Assembly (NCBI RefSeq): GCF_003334385.1
Contig: NZ_QOWN01000002.1
From: Escherichia coli
GTDB taxonomy: Bacteria; Pseudomonadota; Gammaproteobacteria; Enterobacterales; Enterobacteriaceae
Length of the DNA: 64,000 nt
Direction: 5' to 3' (one strand)
This document shows, piece after piece, positions 33,603 through 46,069 of this stretch. Made by a program: the position numbers and the translations under genes. Each line of letters begins with the position of its first letter. Within the stretch, counting starts at the first letter, position 1. The notes below the pieces were generated by a model, which was not told the origin of the DNA, did no database searches, and saw nothing but the letters and a program-made list of their open reading frames with translations.

Positions 33603-34002
33603 CCAGATGAAAAATTTGCTCAAAATGTTTAAATTAACTTATGTAACAGTCACGCATTATATTAAATAACATTTGACTGGGTTGAACATAACGCCGATAG
33701 CAAAAGGAGTTATGTTCAACAATTTAATTTTAGATATACATATAACTTGTTCTATTAATAAATCACCTCGTATTCTGACTCGCCCCCTGGCGCAGCAAAG
33801 TCAGGCATTTATACTCTTTTGAATACATAGAAAATTGATATCAATATAATGAAAATATCAAATATTTGCATATAAATATAATCTTAAAGTTCAGTCTATT
33901 TAATGTTCAATGAAATATTTCTGCCTGTATAATCTTTAAAGATGTTGAACATATATTCACATTAAATATGATTATGTACTTGTTACAAGGATAAGGTTAT
34001 AT

Positions 34003-34587
34003 ATGAATAAAGTTACAAAAACAGCTATTGCGGGCTTACTTGCGCTTTTCGCAGGTAATGCCGCTGCAACCGATGGTGAAATAGTTTTTGATGGCGAGAT
34101 TTTAAAATCCGCTTGTGAAATCAATGACTCTGATAAGAAAATTGAAGTTGCTCTTGGTCACTATAATGCCGAACAGTTTCGTAATATTGGCGAGCGTAGC
34201 CCAAAAATTCCATTCACTATTCCTTTAGTTAACTGCCCAATGACTGGGTGGGAGCACGATAACGGCAACGTTGAAGCGTCTTTCCGTCTATGGCTGGAAA
34301 CGCGAGATAATGGCACCGTCCCTAACTTCCCTAATCTGGCAAAAGTAGGCTCTTTTGCTGGCATAGCGGCAACAGGTGTGGGTATCCGTATTGACGATGC
34401 GGAAAGCGGAAACATTATGCCACTGAATGCTATGGGCAATGATAACACGGTTTATCAGATCCCGGCGGAATCCAATGGTATTGTCAATGTTGACCTCATC
34501 GCTTACTACGTATCAACCGTAGTTCCATCAGAAATCACCCCAGGGGAAGCAGACGCTATCGTTAACGTAACGCTGGATTACCGTTAA
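34003..34587 (+). CDS. yraH: Fimbrial major subunit-like protein YraH, 194 aa
   Basis: Track ORF; signal peptide MNKVTKTAIAGLLALFAGNAAA and fimbrial subunit C-terminus; first gene of the chaperone-usher operon. Confidence 0.88.
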   Translation: MNKVTKTAIAGLLALFAGNAAATDGEIVFDGEILKSACEINDSDKKIEVALGHYNAEQFRNIGERSPKIPFTIPLVNCPMTGWEHDNGNVEASFRLWLETRDNGTVPNFPNLAKVGSFAGIAATGVGIRIDDAESGNIMPLNAMGNDNTVYQIPAESNGIVNVDLIAYYVSTVVPSEITPGEADAIVNVTLDYR

Positions 34588-34593
34588 TACGTT

Positions 34594-34628
34594 AGGGCGT
34601 TATCTGACCTGTCAGATAACGCCCTTTT
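34594..34628 (+). terminator. Hairpin terminator/attenuator after yraH
   Basis: gggcgttatctgac-ctg-tcagataacgccc followed by tttt, immediately after the yraH stop. Coordinates approximate. Confidence 0.6.
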
Positions 34629-34666
34629 CCTTCCTCTTTCTCGTTGTATCAGGTTGAAAAATAACT

Positions 34667-35362
34667 ATGTCAAAACGAACATTCGCGGTGATATTAACCT
34701 TGTTGTGTAGCTTCTGTATTGGCCAGGCGCTTGCAGGAGGAATCGTTTTACAGCGAACGCGAGTGATCTATGATGCCAGCCGCAAAGAGGCTGCGTTACC
34801 TGTCGCAAACAAAGGCGCAGAAACGCCTTATTTACTGCAATCATGGGTAGATAATATAGATGGTAAAAGCCGTGCCCCATTTATTATAACCCCACCGCTA
34901 TTTCGTCTTGAGGCTGGCGATGACTCATCACTGCGAATTATTAAAACAGCTGATAACCTGCCTGAAAATAAAGAGTCGCTGTTCTACATTAATGTTCGTG
35001 CCATTCCAGCAAAGAAAAAATCAGATGATGTTAATGCTAACGAGTTGACGCTGGTATTTAAAACACGGATCAAAATGTTTTATCGCCCCGCACACCTGAA
35101 GGGACGGGTAAACGATGCGTGGAAATCACTGGAATTTAAACGTAGTGACCATTCACTCAATATATATAACCCAACTGAATATTACGTCGTATTTGCCGGA
35201 CTGGCAGTCGATAAAACCGATCTCACAAGCAAAATTGAATATATCGCGCCCGGAGAACATAAACAGTTACCACTTCCTGCATCTGGCGGAAAGAACGTGA
35301 AATGGGCTGCGATCAATGATTATGGCGGCAGTTCCGGGACAGAAACTCGTCCACTGCAATAA
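34667..35362 (+). CDS. yraI: Periplasmic fimbrial chaperone YraI (PapD-like), 231 aa
   Basis: Track ORF; signal peptide and PapD-family chaperone sequence. Confidence 0.88.
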
Positions 35363-35390
35363 AAAATATAAAAACACAGGTCATCAGGGA

Positions 35391-37907
35391 ATGCCACAAC
35401 GACACCACCAGGGACATAAACGCACACCGAAACAGTTGGCGCTCATCATCAAACGTTGTTTGCCGATGGTGCTCACTGGCAGCGGCATGCTTTGCACTAC
35501 CGCTAACGCCGAAGAGTATTATTTCGACCCCATTATGCTGGAAACCACAAAAAGTGGTATGCAAACAACCGATCTGTCGCGTTTTTCAAAAAAATATGCA
35601 CAACTACCAGGAACTTATCAGGTTGATATCTGGCTGAATAAAAAGAAGGTTTCACAGAAAAAAATTACATTTACCGCCAATGCAGAGCAACTTCTGCAGC
35701 CACAGTTTACGGTAGAACAACTACGTGAGCTGGGGATTAAGGTGGATGAAATCCCGGCGCTGGCTGAAAAAGATGACGATAGCGTGATCAACTCGCTTGA
35801 ACAAATCATTCCCGGTACAGCTGCTGAATTTGATTTCAATCATCAGCAACTTAATTTGAGCATTCCCCAAATTGCACTGTACCGTGATGCAAGAGGTTAC
35901 GTCTCCCCTTCTCGTTGGGACGATGGTATACCAACGCTGTTTACCAACTACTCGTTTACAGGTTCTGATAACCGTTACCGCCAGGGCAATCGTAGCCAAC
36001 GACAGTACCTGAATATGCAAAATGGTGCTAATTTTGGCCCCTGGCGATTACGCAACTATTCCACATGGACACGCAACGATCAGACATCAAGCTGGAATAC
36101 CATCAGTAGTTATTTACAACGTGATATCAAGGCGTTGAAGTCTCAGTTGCTTCTGGGAGAAAGCGCCACCAGCGGCAGTATTTTTTCCAGCTACACCTTT
36201 ACTGGCGTGCAACTCGCTTCCGACGATAATATGTTGCCAAACAGCCAGCGCGGATTTGCCCCAACGGTACGCGGTATCGCAAACAGTAGTGCAATCGTGA
36301 CTATCAGGCAAAATGGTTATGTGATCTATCAAAGCAACGTGTCAGCGGGTGCCTTTGAAATTAACGATCTCTACCCCTCTTCCAACAGCGGCGATTTAGA
36401 AGTCACGATTGAAGAAAGTGACGGTACACAACGTCGCTTTATCCAGCCTTATTCTTCATTACCCATGATGCAGCGACCTGGGCATCTAAAGTATAGCGCG
36501 ACCGCTGGACGCTATCGCGCTGATGCAAACAGTGATAGCAAGGAACCCGAATTTGCTGAAGCCACGGCAATATATGGTTTGAATAATACTTTTACGCTGT
36601 ATGGCGGCCTGCTCGGTTCTGAAGATTATTATGCGCTGGGGATCGGTATCGGCGGCACACTTGGCGCACTGGGCGCGTTGTCGATGGATATCAACAGAGC
36701 TGACACCCAATTCGATAACCAGCACTCTTTTCATGGCTATCAATGGCGTACGCAGTACATCAAAGATATCCCGGAAACCAACACCAATATCGCTGTCAGC
36801 TACTATCGCTATACCAACGATGGCTATTTTAGTTTTAATGAAGCCAATACCCGCAATTGGGACTATAACAGTCGCCAAAAAAGTGAAATTCAATTCAACA
36901 TCAGCCAGACAATATTTGATGGGGTAAGTCTGTATGCCTCCGGTTCGCAGCAAGACTATTGGGGCAATAACGATAAAAACAGGAATATCTCTGTTGGGGT
37001 TTCCGGCCAGCAATGGGGAGTTGGTTACAGCCTGAATTATCAATACAGCCGCTACACTGATCAAAATAATGACCGCGCACTCTCTTTGAATCTCAGTATT
37101 CCGTTAGAACGCTGGTTACCGCGTAGCCGGGTTTCCTATCAGATGACCAGCCAGAAAGATCGCCCAACCCAACATGAAATGCGTCTTGATGGCTCACTGC
37201 TGGATGATGGTCGCCTGAGCTATAGCCTGGAACAAAGTCTGGATGACGATAACAACCATAACAGTAGCCTGAACGCCAGTTACCGTTCACCTTATGGCAC
37301 CTTCAGTGCCGGATACAGCTACGGTAATGACAGCAGCCAATACAATTACGGCGTTACCGGCGGCGTGGTTATCCATCCTCATGGCGTGACGCTCTCGCAA
37401 TATCTGGGCAACGCTTTTGCGCTTATCGATGCTAACGGAGCATCTGGCGTGAGGATACAAAACTATCCGGGGATTGCTACCGATCCTTTTGGCTATGCAG
37501 TGGTTCCTTATCTCACAACTTATCAGGAAAACCGTCTCTCGGTAGATACTACGCAGCTGCCCGATAACGTCGATCTTGAACAAACAACACAGTTTGTGGT
37601 GCCCAACAGAGGTGCAATGGTAGCGGCGCGTTTCAACGCCAATATCGGTTATCGCGTACTTGTTACAGTCAGCGATCGCAACGGTAAACCGTTGCCCTTT
37701 GGCGCTCTTGCCAGCAACGATGATACGGGGCAACAAAGTATCGTCGATGAGGGCGGCATACTATATCTCTCTGGGATATCGAGTAAATCACAAAGCTGGA
37801 CTGTACGCTGGGGAAATCAGGCAGATCAACAATGTCAGTTTGCTTTCAGTACACCGGATTCAGAACCTACAACCTCTGTATTACAAGGCACAGCGCAGTG
37901 CCATTAA
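35391..37907 (+). CDS. yraJ: Outer-membrane fimbrial usher YraJ, 838 aa
   Basis: Track ORF 35316..37907; start set at internal ATG (MPQRHHQGHKRTP...); usher family. Confidence 0.88.
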   Translation: MPQRHHQGHKRTPKQLALIIKRCLPMVLTGSGMLCTTANAEEYYFDPIMLETTKSGMQTTDLSRFSKKYAQLPGTYQVDIWLNKKKVSQKKITFTANAEQLLQPQFTVEQLRELGIKVDEIPALAEKDDDSVINSLEQIIPGTAAEFDFNHQQLNLSIPQIALYRDARGYVSPSRWDDGIPTLFTNYSFTGSDNRYRQGNRSQRQYLNMQNGANFGPWRLRNYSTWTRNDQTSSWNTISSYLQRDIKALKSQLLLGESATSGSIFSSYTFTGVQLASDDNMLPNSQRGFAPTVRGIANSSAIVTIRQNGYVIYQSNVSAGAFEINDLYPSSNSGDLEVTIEESDGTQRRFIQPYSSLPMMQRPGHLKYSATAGRYRADANSDSKEPEFAEATAIYGLNNTFTLYGGLLGSEDYYALGIGIGGTLGALGALSMDINRADTQFDNQHSFHGYQWRTQYIKDIPETNTNIAVSYYRYTNDGYFSFNEANTRNWDYNSRQKSEIQFNISQTIFDGVSLYASGSQQDYWGNNDKNRNISVGVSGQQWGVGYSLNYQYSRYTDQNNDRALSLNLSIPLERWLPRSRVSYQMTSQKDRPTQHEMRLDGSLLDDGRLSYSLEQSLDDDNNHNSSLNASYRSPYGTFSAGYSYGNDSSQYNYGVTGGVVIHPHGVTLSQYLGNAFALIDANGASGVRIQNYPGIATDPFGYAVVPYLTTYQENRLSVDTTQLPDNVDLEQTTQFVVPNRGAMVAARFNANIGYRVLVTVSDRNGKPLPFGALASNDDTGQQSIVDEGGILYLSGISSKSQSWTVRWGNQADQQCQFAFSTPDSEPTTSVLQGTAQCH

Positions 37908-37917
37908 GGATAAAAAA

Positions 37918-39009
37918 ATGAAAAGAGCGCCTCTTATAACAGGTCTTTTGTTGATATCCACATCCTGCGCTTATGCCTCCTCAGGAGGGTGTGGAGCCGA
38001 CAGCACTAGCGGTGCGACAAATTACAGCAGTGTGGTTGATGATGTTACGGTGAACCAGACAGATAACGTGACAGGACGGGAGTTTACCTCTGCAACGCTA
38101 AGTAGCACTAACTGGCAATACGCCTGTTCCTGCTCTGCGGGTAAGGCAGTTAAACTTGTCTATATGGTCAGCCCCGTACTTACCACCACTGGACATCAGA
38201 CAGGATATTACAAACTCAATGACAGCCTGGATATTAAAACCACATTACAGGCAAACGACATTCCAGGACTCACAACCGACCAGGTTGTCTCTGTTAACAC
38301 CCGATTCACACAGATAAAAAACAACACGGTATATTCTGCTGCAACCCAAACGGGTGTTTGCCAGGGTGATACGTCTCGTTATGGACCCGTTAATATTGGT
38401 GCGAACACCACCTTTACCCTGTATGTCACCAAGCCATTTCTCGGCTCGATGACCATTCCGAAAACGGATATTGCCGTCATTAAAGGCGCGTGGGTCGATG
38501 GAATGGGAAGCCCGTCTACAGGTGACTTCCATGATTTAGTCAAGTTATCGATTCAGGGAAATCTCACCGCCCCACAGTCGTGCAAAATTAATCAGGGCGA
38601 TGTTATTAAGGTTAATTTTGGATTCATCAATGGTCAGAAGTTTACCACCCGCAATGCCATGCCAGACGGTTTTACTCCAGTAGACTTTGATATCACTTAT
38701 GACTGTGGTGATACTTCAAAGATTAAAAACTCGTTGCAAATGCGCATCGACGGTACAACTGGGGTAGTAGACCAGTACAACCTGGTCGCCAGGCGAAGAA
38801 GTTCAGACAATGTGCCCGATGTCGGTATTCGTATTGAAAATCTCGGCGGCGGAGTTGCAAATATTCCTTTTCAGAACGGTATCCTTCCCGTTGATCCTTC
38901 CGGGCATGGCACCGTCAATATGCGCGCCTGGCCAGTTAATCTGGTCGGTGGTGAGCTGGAAACAGGAAAATTTCAGGGCACAGCCACCATTACCGTCATC
39001 GTGCGGTAA
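37918..39009 (+). CDS. yraK: Fimbrial adhesin-like protein YraK, 363 aa
   Basis: Track ORF 37660..39009 over-extended; start set at ATG giving MKRAPLITGLLLISTSCAYA signal peptide. Confidence 0.85.
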   Translation: MKRAPLITGLLLISTSCAYASSGGCGADSTSGATNYSSVVDDVTVNQTDNVTGREFTSATLSSTNWQYACSCSAGKAVKLVYMVSPVLTTTGHQTGYYKLNDSLDIKTTLQANDIPGLTTDQVVSVNTRFTQIKNNTVYSAATQTGVCQGDTSRYGPVNIGANTTFTLYVTKPFLGSMTIPKTDIAVIKGAWVDGMGSPSTGDFHDLVKLSIQGNLTAPQSCKINQGDVIKVNFGFINGQKFTTRNAMPDGFTPVDFDITYDCGDTSKIKNSLQMRIDGTTGVVDQYNLVARRRSSDNVPDVGIRIENLGGGVANIPFQNGILPVDPSGHGTVNMRAWPVNLVGGELETGKFQGTATITVIVR

Positions 39010-39017
39010 AAGAAGAC

Positions 39018-39041
39018 GTTGCGTTTTGATTAACGCAACGC
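39018..39041. terminator. Bidirectional hairpin terminator between convergent yraK and rsmI
   Basis: cgttgcgtt-ttgatt-aacgcaacg with T-runs on both sides. Coordinates approximate. Confidence 0.55.
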
Positions 39042-39051
39042 TTCGGCACTG

Positions 39052-39912
39052 TTACCCCTGCTGCTCCAGCGCATACTTATACAGCGCATTTTTCTTCACG
39101 CCGTGAATTTCTGCGGCCAGCGCCGCCGCTTTTTTCAGCGGCAGTTCTGCCTGTAGCAGCGCCAGCGTGCGCAGGGCATCGGCGGGTAAGTCTTCTTCCT
39201 GTGCTTTATGACCTTCGACAATCAGCACCATTTCGCCTTTGCGACGGTTTTCATCTTCCTTTACCCACGCCAGCAGCTCGCCAACGGGCGCGCCGTGAAT
39301 GGTTTCCCAGGTTTTGGTCAGCTCACGCGCCAGAACCACGTAGCGGGATTCGCCTAATACCGCAACGATATCTTCCAGGCTATCTAACAGACGGTGGGTA
39401 GATTCATAAAAAATCAGCGTGCGCGGCTCCGCTTCAATGGCTTTTAGCGCATCACGGCGGCCTTTTGATTTGGCAGGTAAAAAGCCTTCGTAACAGAAAC
39501 GGTCAGAGGGTAAACCCGCTGCGCTTAACGCAGTGATAGCAGCACACGGCCCGGGTAGCGGCACCACGCGGATCCCCGCTTCACGGCAGGTACGCACCAG
39601 ATGGTAGCCAGGATCGTTAATTAGCGGCGTTCCGGCATCGGAAACCAGCGCAATGTTTTGCCCCTCTTGCAGCTTCGCCAGCAGCGTTTCAGCTTTTTGT
39701 TGTTCGTTATGGTCGTGCAGCGCAAACAACCGGGCATTAATCCCAAAATGTTGCAGCAATAAACCGGTGTGACGAGTATCCTCGGCGGCAATCAGATCAA
39801 CGGCCTGTAATACCTCTAACGCACGCTGGGTGATATCCGCCAGATTGCCGATTGGCGTCGGTACAATGTAAAGCTGGCCCTGAGAATTATCCGCCGATTG
39901 GTGTTGTTTCAT
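39052..39912 (-). CDS. rsmI: 16S rRNA (cytidine1402-2'-O)-methyltransferase RsmI, 286 aa
   Basis: Track ORF; tetrapyrrole-methylase fold ([15 protein letters not shown]). Confidence 0.92.
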
Positions 39913-39976
39913 TGTGTCGTCCGTATTGCCGATTTAATATTGAGCATTGCGTAAAAAAAATATCACTGGATACATT

Positions 39977-42013
39977 ATGGTACCCTCAACATTTTCTCGT
40001 TTGAAAGCCGCGCGTTGTCTGCCTGTTGTTCTGGCAGCCCTGATTTTCGCCGGTTGTGGCACCCATACTCCCGATCAGTCCACTGCTTATATGCAGGGCA
40101 CGGCGCAGGCTGATTCTGCCTTTTATCTTCAGCAGATGCAGCAAAGCTCTGATGATACCAGGATCAACTGGCAATTACTCGCCATTCGTGCACTGGTGAA
40201 AGAAGGTAAAACCGGGCAGGCGGTTGAGTTGTTTAACCAACTACCGCAAGAACTGAACGATGCTCAGCGTCGCGAGAAAACACTGCTGGCGGTAGAGATT
40301 AAACTGGCGCAGAAAGATTTTGCTGGCGCGCAAAACTTGCTGGCGAAAATCACACCTGCCGATTTAGAACAAAACCAGCAAGCGCGTTACTGGCAGGCAA
40401 AAATCGATGCCAGCCAGGGGCGTCCTTCCATTGATTTACTGCGCGCGTTAATTGCTCAGGAACCGCTGCTTGGCGCGAAAGAAAAACAGCAGAATATTGA
40501 TGCCACCTGGCAGGCGCTCTCCTCCATGACTCAGGAACAGGCGAATACGCTGGTGATCAACGCCGACGAAAATATTCTGCAAGGCTGGCTGGATCTGCAG
40601 CGCGTCTGGTTTGATAACCGTAACGATCCCGACATGATGAAAGCCGGGATCGCCGACTGGCAGAAACGTTATCCGAACAATCCGGGCGCGAAAATGCTGC
40701 CAACGCAGTTGGTTAACGTAAAAGCGTTTAAACCAGCCTCGACCAACAAAATCGCCCTGCTGTTGCCACTGAATGGCCAGGCAGCGGTATTTGGTCGCAC
40801 TATTCAGCAAGGCTTTGAAGCGGCGAAAAATATCGGCACTCAGCCAGTGGCAGCTCAGGTAGCTGCCGCACCTGCCGCAGACGTAGCTGAACAACCTCAG
40901 CCGCAAACCGTGGATGGCGTTGCCAGCCCGGCACAAGCCTCGGTTAGCGATCTGACCGGTGAACAGCCTGCAGCCCAGCCGGTGCCTGTAAGCGCCCCGG
41001 CGACAAGCACCGCAGCGGTAAGCGCACCCGCAAATCCATCCGCAGAGCTGAAAATCTACGATACCTCATCACAACCACTTAGCCAGATCTTAAGCCAGGT
41101 TCAGCAGGATGGCGCGAGTATTGTGGTCGGTCCGTTGCTGAAAAATAACGTTGAAGAGTTGCTGAAGAGCAACACTCCGCTGAACGTACTGGCACTGAAC
41201 CAGCCGGAGAATATCGAAAATCGCGTCAATATTTGTTACTTCGCGCTTTCACCGGAAGACGAAGCGCGCGATGCAGCGCGTCATATTCGTGACCAGGGTA
41301 AACAAGCGCCGCTGGTGCTGATCCCACGCAGTTCATTGGGCGATCGCGTAGCCAATGCGTTTGCGCAAGAGTGGCAGAAACTGGGCGGCGGCACCGTTCT
41401 GCAACAAAAATTTGGTTCCACCAGCGAATTACGCGCGGGTGTTAACGGCGGTTCTGGTATTGCTTTAACGGGTAGCCCGATTACTCTCAGAGCGACAACC
41501 GACTCCGGCATGACGACCAACAATCCAACGCTGCAAACCACGCCAACCGATGACCAGTTCACCAATAATGGCGGTCGTGTCGATGCGGTGTACATTGTGG
41601 CAACGCCGGGTGAAATCGCTTTTATCAAACCGATGATCGCCATGCGTAACGGTAGCCAGAGCGGTGCAACGCTGTACGCCAGCTCCCGCAGTGCGCAAGG
41701 GACCGCTGGCCCGGATTTCCGACTGGAGATGGAAGGCTTGCAGTACAGCGAAATCCCGATGCTGGCAGGCGGTAATCTACCGTTAATGCAGCAGGCACTC
41801 AGCGCGGTGAATAACGATTATTCACTGGCTCGCATGTATGCGATGGGCGTCGATGCCTGGTCGCTGGCAAATCATTTCTCACAAATGCGCCAGGTTCAGG
41901 GTTTTGAAATCAACGGTAATACCGGAAGCCTGACGGCTAACCCGGATTGCGTGATTAACAGGAACTTATCATGGCTACAGTACCAACAAGGTCAGGTAGT
42001 CCCCGTCAGTTAA
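39977..42013 (+). CDS. lpoA: Outer-membrane lipoprotein LpoA (activator of PBP1A), 678 aa
   Basis: Track ORF 39947..42013; start set at ATG giving [27 protein letters not shown] (lipobox); TPR N-domain and Pro/Ala/Gln-rich linker. Confidence 0.9.
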   Translation: MVPSTFSRLKAARCLPVVLAALIFAGCGTHTPDQSTAYMQGTAQADSAFYLQQMQQSSDDTRINWQLLAIRALVKEGKTGQAVELFNQLPQELNDAQRREKTLLAVEIKLAQKDFAGAQNLLAKITPADLEQNQQARYWQAKIDASQGRPSIDLLRALIAQEPLLGAKEKQQNIDATWQALSSMTQEQANTLVINADENILQGWLDLQRVWFDNRNDPDMMKAGIADWQKRYPNNPGAKMLPTQLVNVKAFKPASTNKIALLLPLNGQAAVFGRTIQQGFEAAKNIGTQPVAAQVAAAPAADVAEQPQPQTVDGVASPAQASVSDLTGEQPAAQPVPVSAPATSTAAVSAPANPSAELKIYDTSSQPLSQILSQVQQDGASIVVGPLLKNNVEELLKSNTPLNVLALNQPENIENRVNICYFALSPEDEARDAARHIRDQGKQAPLVLIPRSSLGDRVANAFAQEWQKLGGGTVLQQKFGSTSELRAGVNGGSGIALTGSPITLRATTDSGMTTNNPTLQTTPTDDQFTNNGGRVDAVYIVATPGEIAFIKPMIAMRNGSQSGATLYASSRSAQGTAGPDFRLEMEGLQYSEIPMLAGGNLPLMQQALSAVNNDYSLARMYAMGVDAWSLANHFSQMRQVQGFEINGNTGSLTANPDCVINRNLSWLQYQQGQVVPVS

Positions 42014-42366
42014 CCACCAAACAGACCGGCGATGCGTGGGAAGCACAAGCGCGTCGCTGGCTGGAAGGCAAAGGACTGCGGTTTATCGCCGCTAACGTGA
42101 ACGAGCGTGGCGGCGAGATCGATCTGATAATGCGTGAAGGCCGGACCACCATTTTTGTCGAGGTACGCTATCGCCGCTCTGCGCTTTATGGCGGCGCGGC
42201 AGCCAGTGTGACCCGCAGCAAACAACACAAATTATTACAGACTGCCCGCTTGTGGCTCGCGCGTCATAATGGGAGTTTTGATACTGTGGATTGCCGGTTC
42301 GATGTGGTAGCCTTCACCGGGAATGAGGTTGAGTGGATTAAGGATGCCTTTAATGACCACTCATAA
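41971..42366 (+). CDS. yraN: UPF0102 protein YraN (predicted endonuclease fold), 131 aa
   Basis: Track ORF overlapping the lpoA 3' end. Confidence 0.88.
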   Translation: MATVPTRSGSPRQLTTKQTGDAWEAQARRWLEGKGLRFIAANVNERGGEIDLIMREGRTTIFVEVRYRRSALYGGAAASVTRSKQHKLLQTARLWLARHNGSFDTVDCRFDVVAFTGNEVEWIKDAFNDHS

Positions 42367-42385
42367 TTAAGGTTTAAGGATTAGC

Positions 42386-42976
42386 GTGCAAGAAAGAATT
42401 AAAGCTTGCTTCACTGAAAGCATTCAAACTCAAATTGCGGCGGCAGAGGCGCTTCCGGATGCCATCTCCCGTGCAGCCATGACGCTGGTTCAGTCTCTGC
42501 TCAATGGCAACAAAATCCTCTGTTGTGGTAATGGAACTTCCGCTGCCAATGCACAGCATTTTGCTGCCAGCATGATCAACCGTTTCGAAACGGAGCGGCC
42601 CAGCTTACCTGCCATTGCACTAAATACTGATAATGTTGTCTTAACGGCGATTGCCAACGATCGCTTACATGATGAAGTGTATGCAAAACAGGTGCGGGCG
42701 CTGGGTCATGCGGGAGATGTATTGTTAGCCATTTCCACCCGTGGCAACAGCCGCGATATTGTTAAAGCAGTTGAAGCCGCCGTTACGCGTGATATGACCA
42801 TTGTGGCATTGACCGGCTATGACGGCGGCGAACTTGCAGGTTTGTTAGGGCCACAGGATGTGGAGATCCGCATTCCTTCGCATCGTAGTGCTCGCATTCA
42901 GGAAATGCATATGCTGACGGTAAATTGCCTGTGCGATCTGATCGATAACACGCTTTTCCCTCACCAGGATGATTAA
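42386..42976 (+). CDS. diaA: DnaA initiator-associating protein DiaA (SIS domain), 196 aa
   Basis: Track ORF with GTG start; SIS phosphoheptose-isomerase-like sequence. Confidence 0.92.
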
Positions 42977-42985
42977 GGAGAATAC

Positions 42986-43561
42986 ATGAAGGCATTATCG
43001 CCAATCGCAGTCCTTATTTCCGCGCTGCTGTTGCAAGGTTGTGTTGCCGCTGCCGTAGTGGGTACCGCTGCTGTGGGTACCAAAGCCGCAACTGACCCAC
43101 GCAGTGTCGGCACCCAGGTGGACGATGGTACCCTGGAAGTGCGCGTGAACAGCGCATTGTCGAAAGACGAACAGATTAAGAAAGAAGCGCGCATTAATGT
43201 AACGGCCTATCAGGGCAAAGTGCTGCTGGTTGGGCAGTCACCAAATGCTGAACTTTCGGCTCGCGCCAAACAGATTGCTATGGGCGTAGACGGTGCCAAC
43301 GAAGTGTATAACGAGATTCGTCAGGGCCAGCCGATTGGTCTGGGCGAAGCATCTAACGATACGTGGATCACCACCAAAGTGCGTTCGCAGCTCTTAACCA
43401 GCGACCTGGTGAAATCGTCCAACGTGAAAGTGACCACCGAAAACGGTGAAGTGTTCCTGATGGGGCTGGTGACTGAACGTGAAGCGAAAGCGGCGGCAGA
43501 TATTGCCAGCCGGGTGAGCGGCGTGAAGCGGGTAACTACGGCGTTTACGTTTATTAAATAG
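42986..43561 (+). CDS. dolP: Outer-membrane lipoprotein DolP (YraP), dual BON domains, 191 aa
   Basis: Track ORF; lipobox LLLQGC and two BON domains. Confidence 0.92.
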   Translation: MKALSPIAVLISALLLQGCVAAAVVGTAAVGTKAATDPRSVGTQVDDGTLEVRVNSALSKDEQIKKEARINVTAYQGKVLLVGQSPNAELSARAKQIAMGVDGANEVYNEIRQGQPIGLGEASNDTWITTKVRSQLLTSDLVKSSNVKVTTENGEVFLMGLVTEREAKAAADIASRVSGVKRVTTAFTFIK

Positions 43562-43562
43562 C

Positions 43563-43665
43563 AGCCCCTTGTAATGCCTGATGCGACGCTTGCCGCGTCT
43601 TATCAGGCCTACAACGATACAAACCGTAGGTCAGATAAGGCGTTTACGCCGCATCCGACATGTTT
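43563..43665. repeat. REP/BIME element between convergent dolP and yraQ
   Basis: gcctgatgcgacgcttgccgcgtcttatcaggcctac and ggtcagataaggcgtttacgccgcatccgacatg palindromic units. Coordinates approximate. Confidence 0.75.
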
Positions 43666-43674
43666 TCCCTCAAA

Positions 43675-44715
43675 TCAGAACAACAGCGCCAGCCCGCCGA
43701 CAATCACACCAGACACTGCCACCATCGCCCCTGTCAGCCATAAGGCTTTCGCCGGGAACGCTTTGCGCAGCATAATCAGTGACGGCAAACTCACTGCCGG
43801 GAGCGTCATCAACAATGCCAGCGCCGGAGCGGTTCCCATACCTGCCAGCATCATCGTTTGTACAATCGGAATTTCTGCTGCCGTGGGAATGACAAACAAG
43901 CATCCTGCTACCGCCATCGCCACCACCCACATCAGGCTGTTATCGACAGCACCATCGGCATGGGGGAATAACCAGACGCGAGCGGCACCCAACACCAGTA
44001 CTGCAAGGATGTAAACCGGGATCGTACTCCAGAAAAGCGTCCATAGCGCCCTGCCCCAGCGGCTAAAAAACCCGCCCTGTGCTTCCGGTATGTCAATTTC
44101 GACCGGTGCCTGCGTTTGCGGTGTTTCACGCACCCATTTTTGCACCAGCGTCGCAATCAGCAACACCATCACCAGCCCGGCCACCAGACGAATCACCGCA
44201 AAACCCCAGCCGAGGACAAAGCCCATAAACACCAGCGTCGCCGGGTTTAACACCGGATTGCCCATCCAGAATGCCAGCGCACCGCCCATCGACACCTGTT
44301 GGCGACGCATTCCCGCCGCGACCGGAGCCGCACAGCAGGTACACATCATGCCCGGCAACGAAAACAGCGTTCCCAGCAGCGTGCCGCGAAAGCGCGATTG
44401 CCCAAGCGTACGCAACAACCAGTCACGCGGGATCAGCACCTGAATCAACGAACCGAGGATCACCCCCAGCACCGCCGCTTTCCATACCGCGAGGAAATAG
44501 ATCATCGCGTAATCCAACGCCGCCTGCCATGGGTTAGCATCCGCCTGCGCAAGGATAGATTTACCGATACTGTGGGTTTCGGCAGCAGTAAACGCTTTGC
44601 CGTAGTAAGGTTCCCATTTCACATACCAGAGACCGGCAATGACAACGAGAAAGAAAAGCGCGGGTTTCCACCACTGAATGGGCGTTGCCGCCTGAGATGA
44701 AGACTGACCAGTCAT
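43675..44715 (-). CDS. yraQ: Predicted permease YraQ, 346 aa
   Basis: Track ORF; polytopic membrane protein. Confidence 0.88.
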   Translation of the reverse strand: MTGQSSSQAATPIQWWKPALFFLVVIAGLWYVKWEPYYGKAFTAAETHSIGKSILAQADANPWQAALDYAMIYFLAVWKAAVLGVILGSLIQVLIPRDWLLRTLGQSRFRGTLLGTLFSLPGMMCTCCAAPVAAGMRRQQVSMGGALAFWMGNPVLNPATLVFMGFVLGWGFAVIRLVAGLVMVLLIATLVQKWVRETPQTQAPVEIDIPEAQGGFFSRWGRALWTLFWSTIPVYILAVLVLGAARVWLFPHADGAVDNSLMWVVAMAVAGCLFVIPTAAEIPIVQTMMLAGMGTAPALALLMTLPAVSLPSLIMLRKAFPAKALWLTGAMVAVSGVIVGGLALLF

Positions 44716-44787
44716 AGCATTCCCCAGGAATAAGTTATGATAATTGAGCGCGTGAATATTACGCTCACTATCAATTCTTGGGAATAA

Positions 44788-46048
<1,261 letters not shown>

Positions 46049-46069
<21 letters not shown>

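Noticed and set aside
33603-34002. Searched the AT-rich 400-bp gap between agaI and yraH for a small gene, tRNA or mobile element
   Set aside because: No ORF of 60 aa or more, no tRNA-like cloverleaf candidates and no terminal inverted repeats; best explained as the fimbrial operon regulatory region.
43574-44014. 146-aa plus-strand ORF overlapping the REP element and yraQ
   Set aside because: Starts inside a REP/BIME element and runs antisense to the yraQ permease gene.
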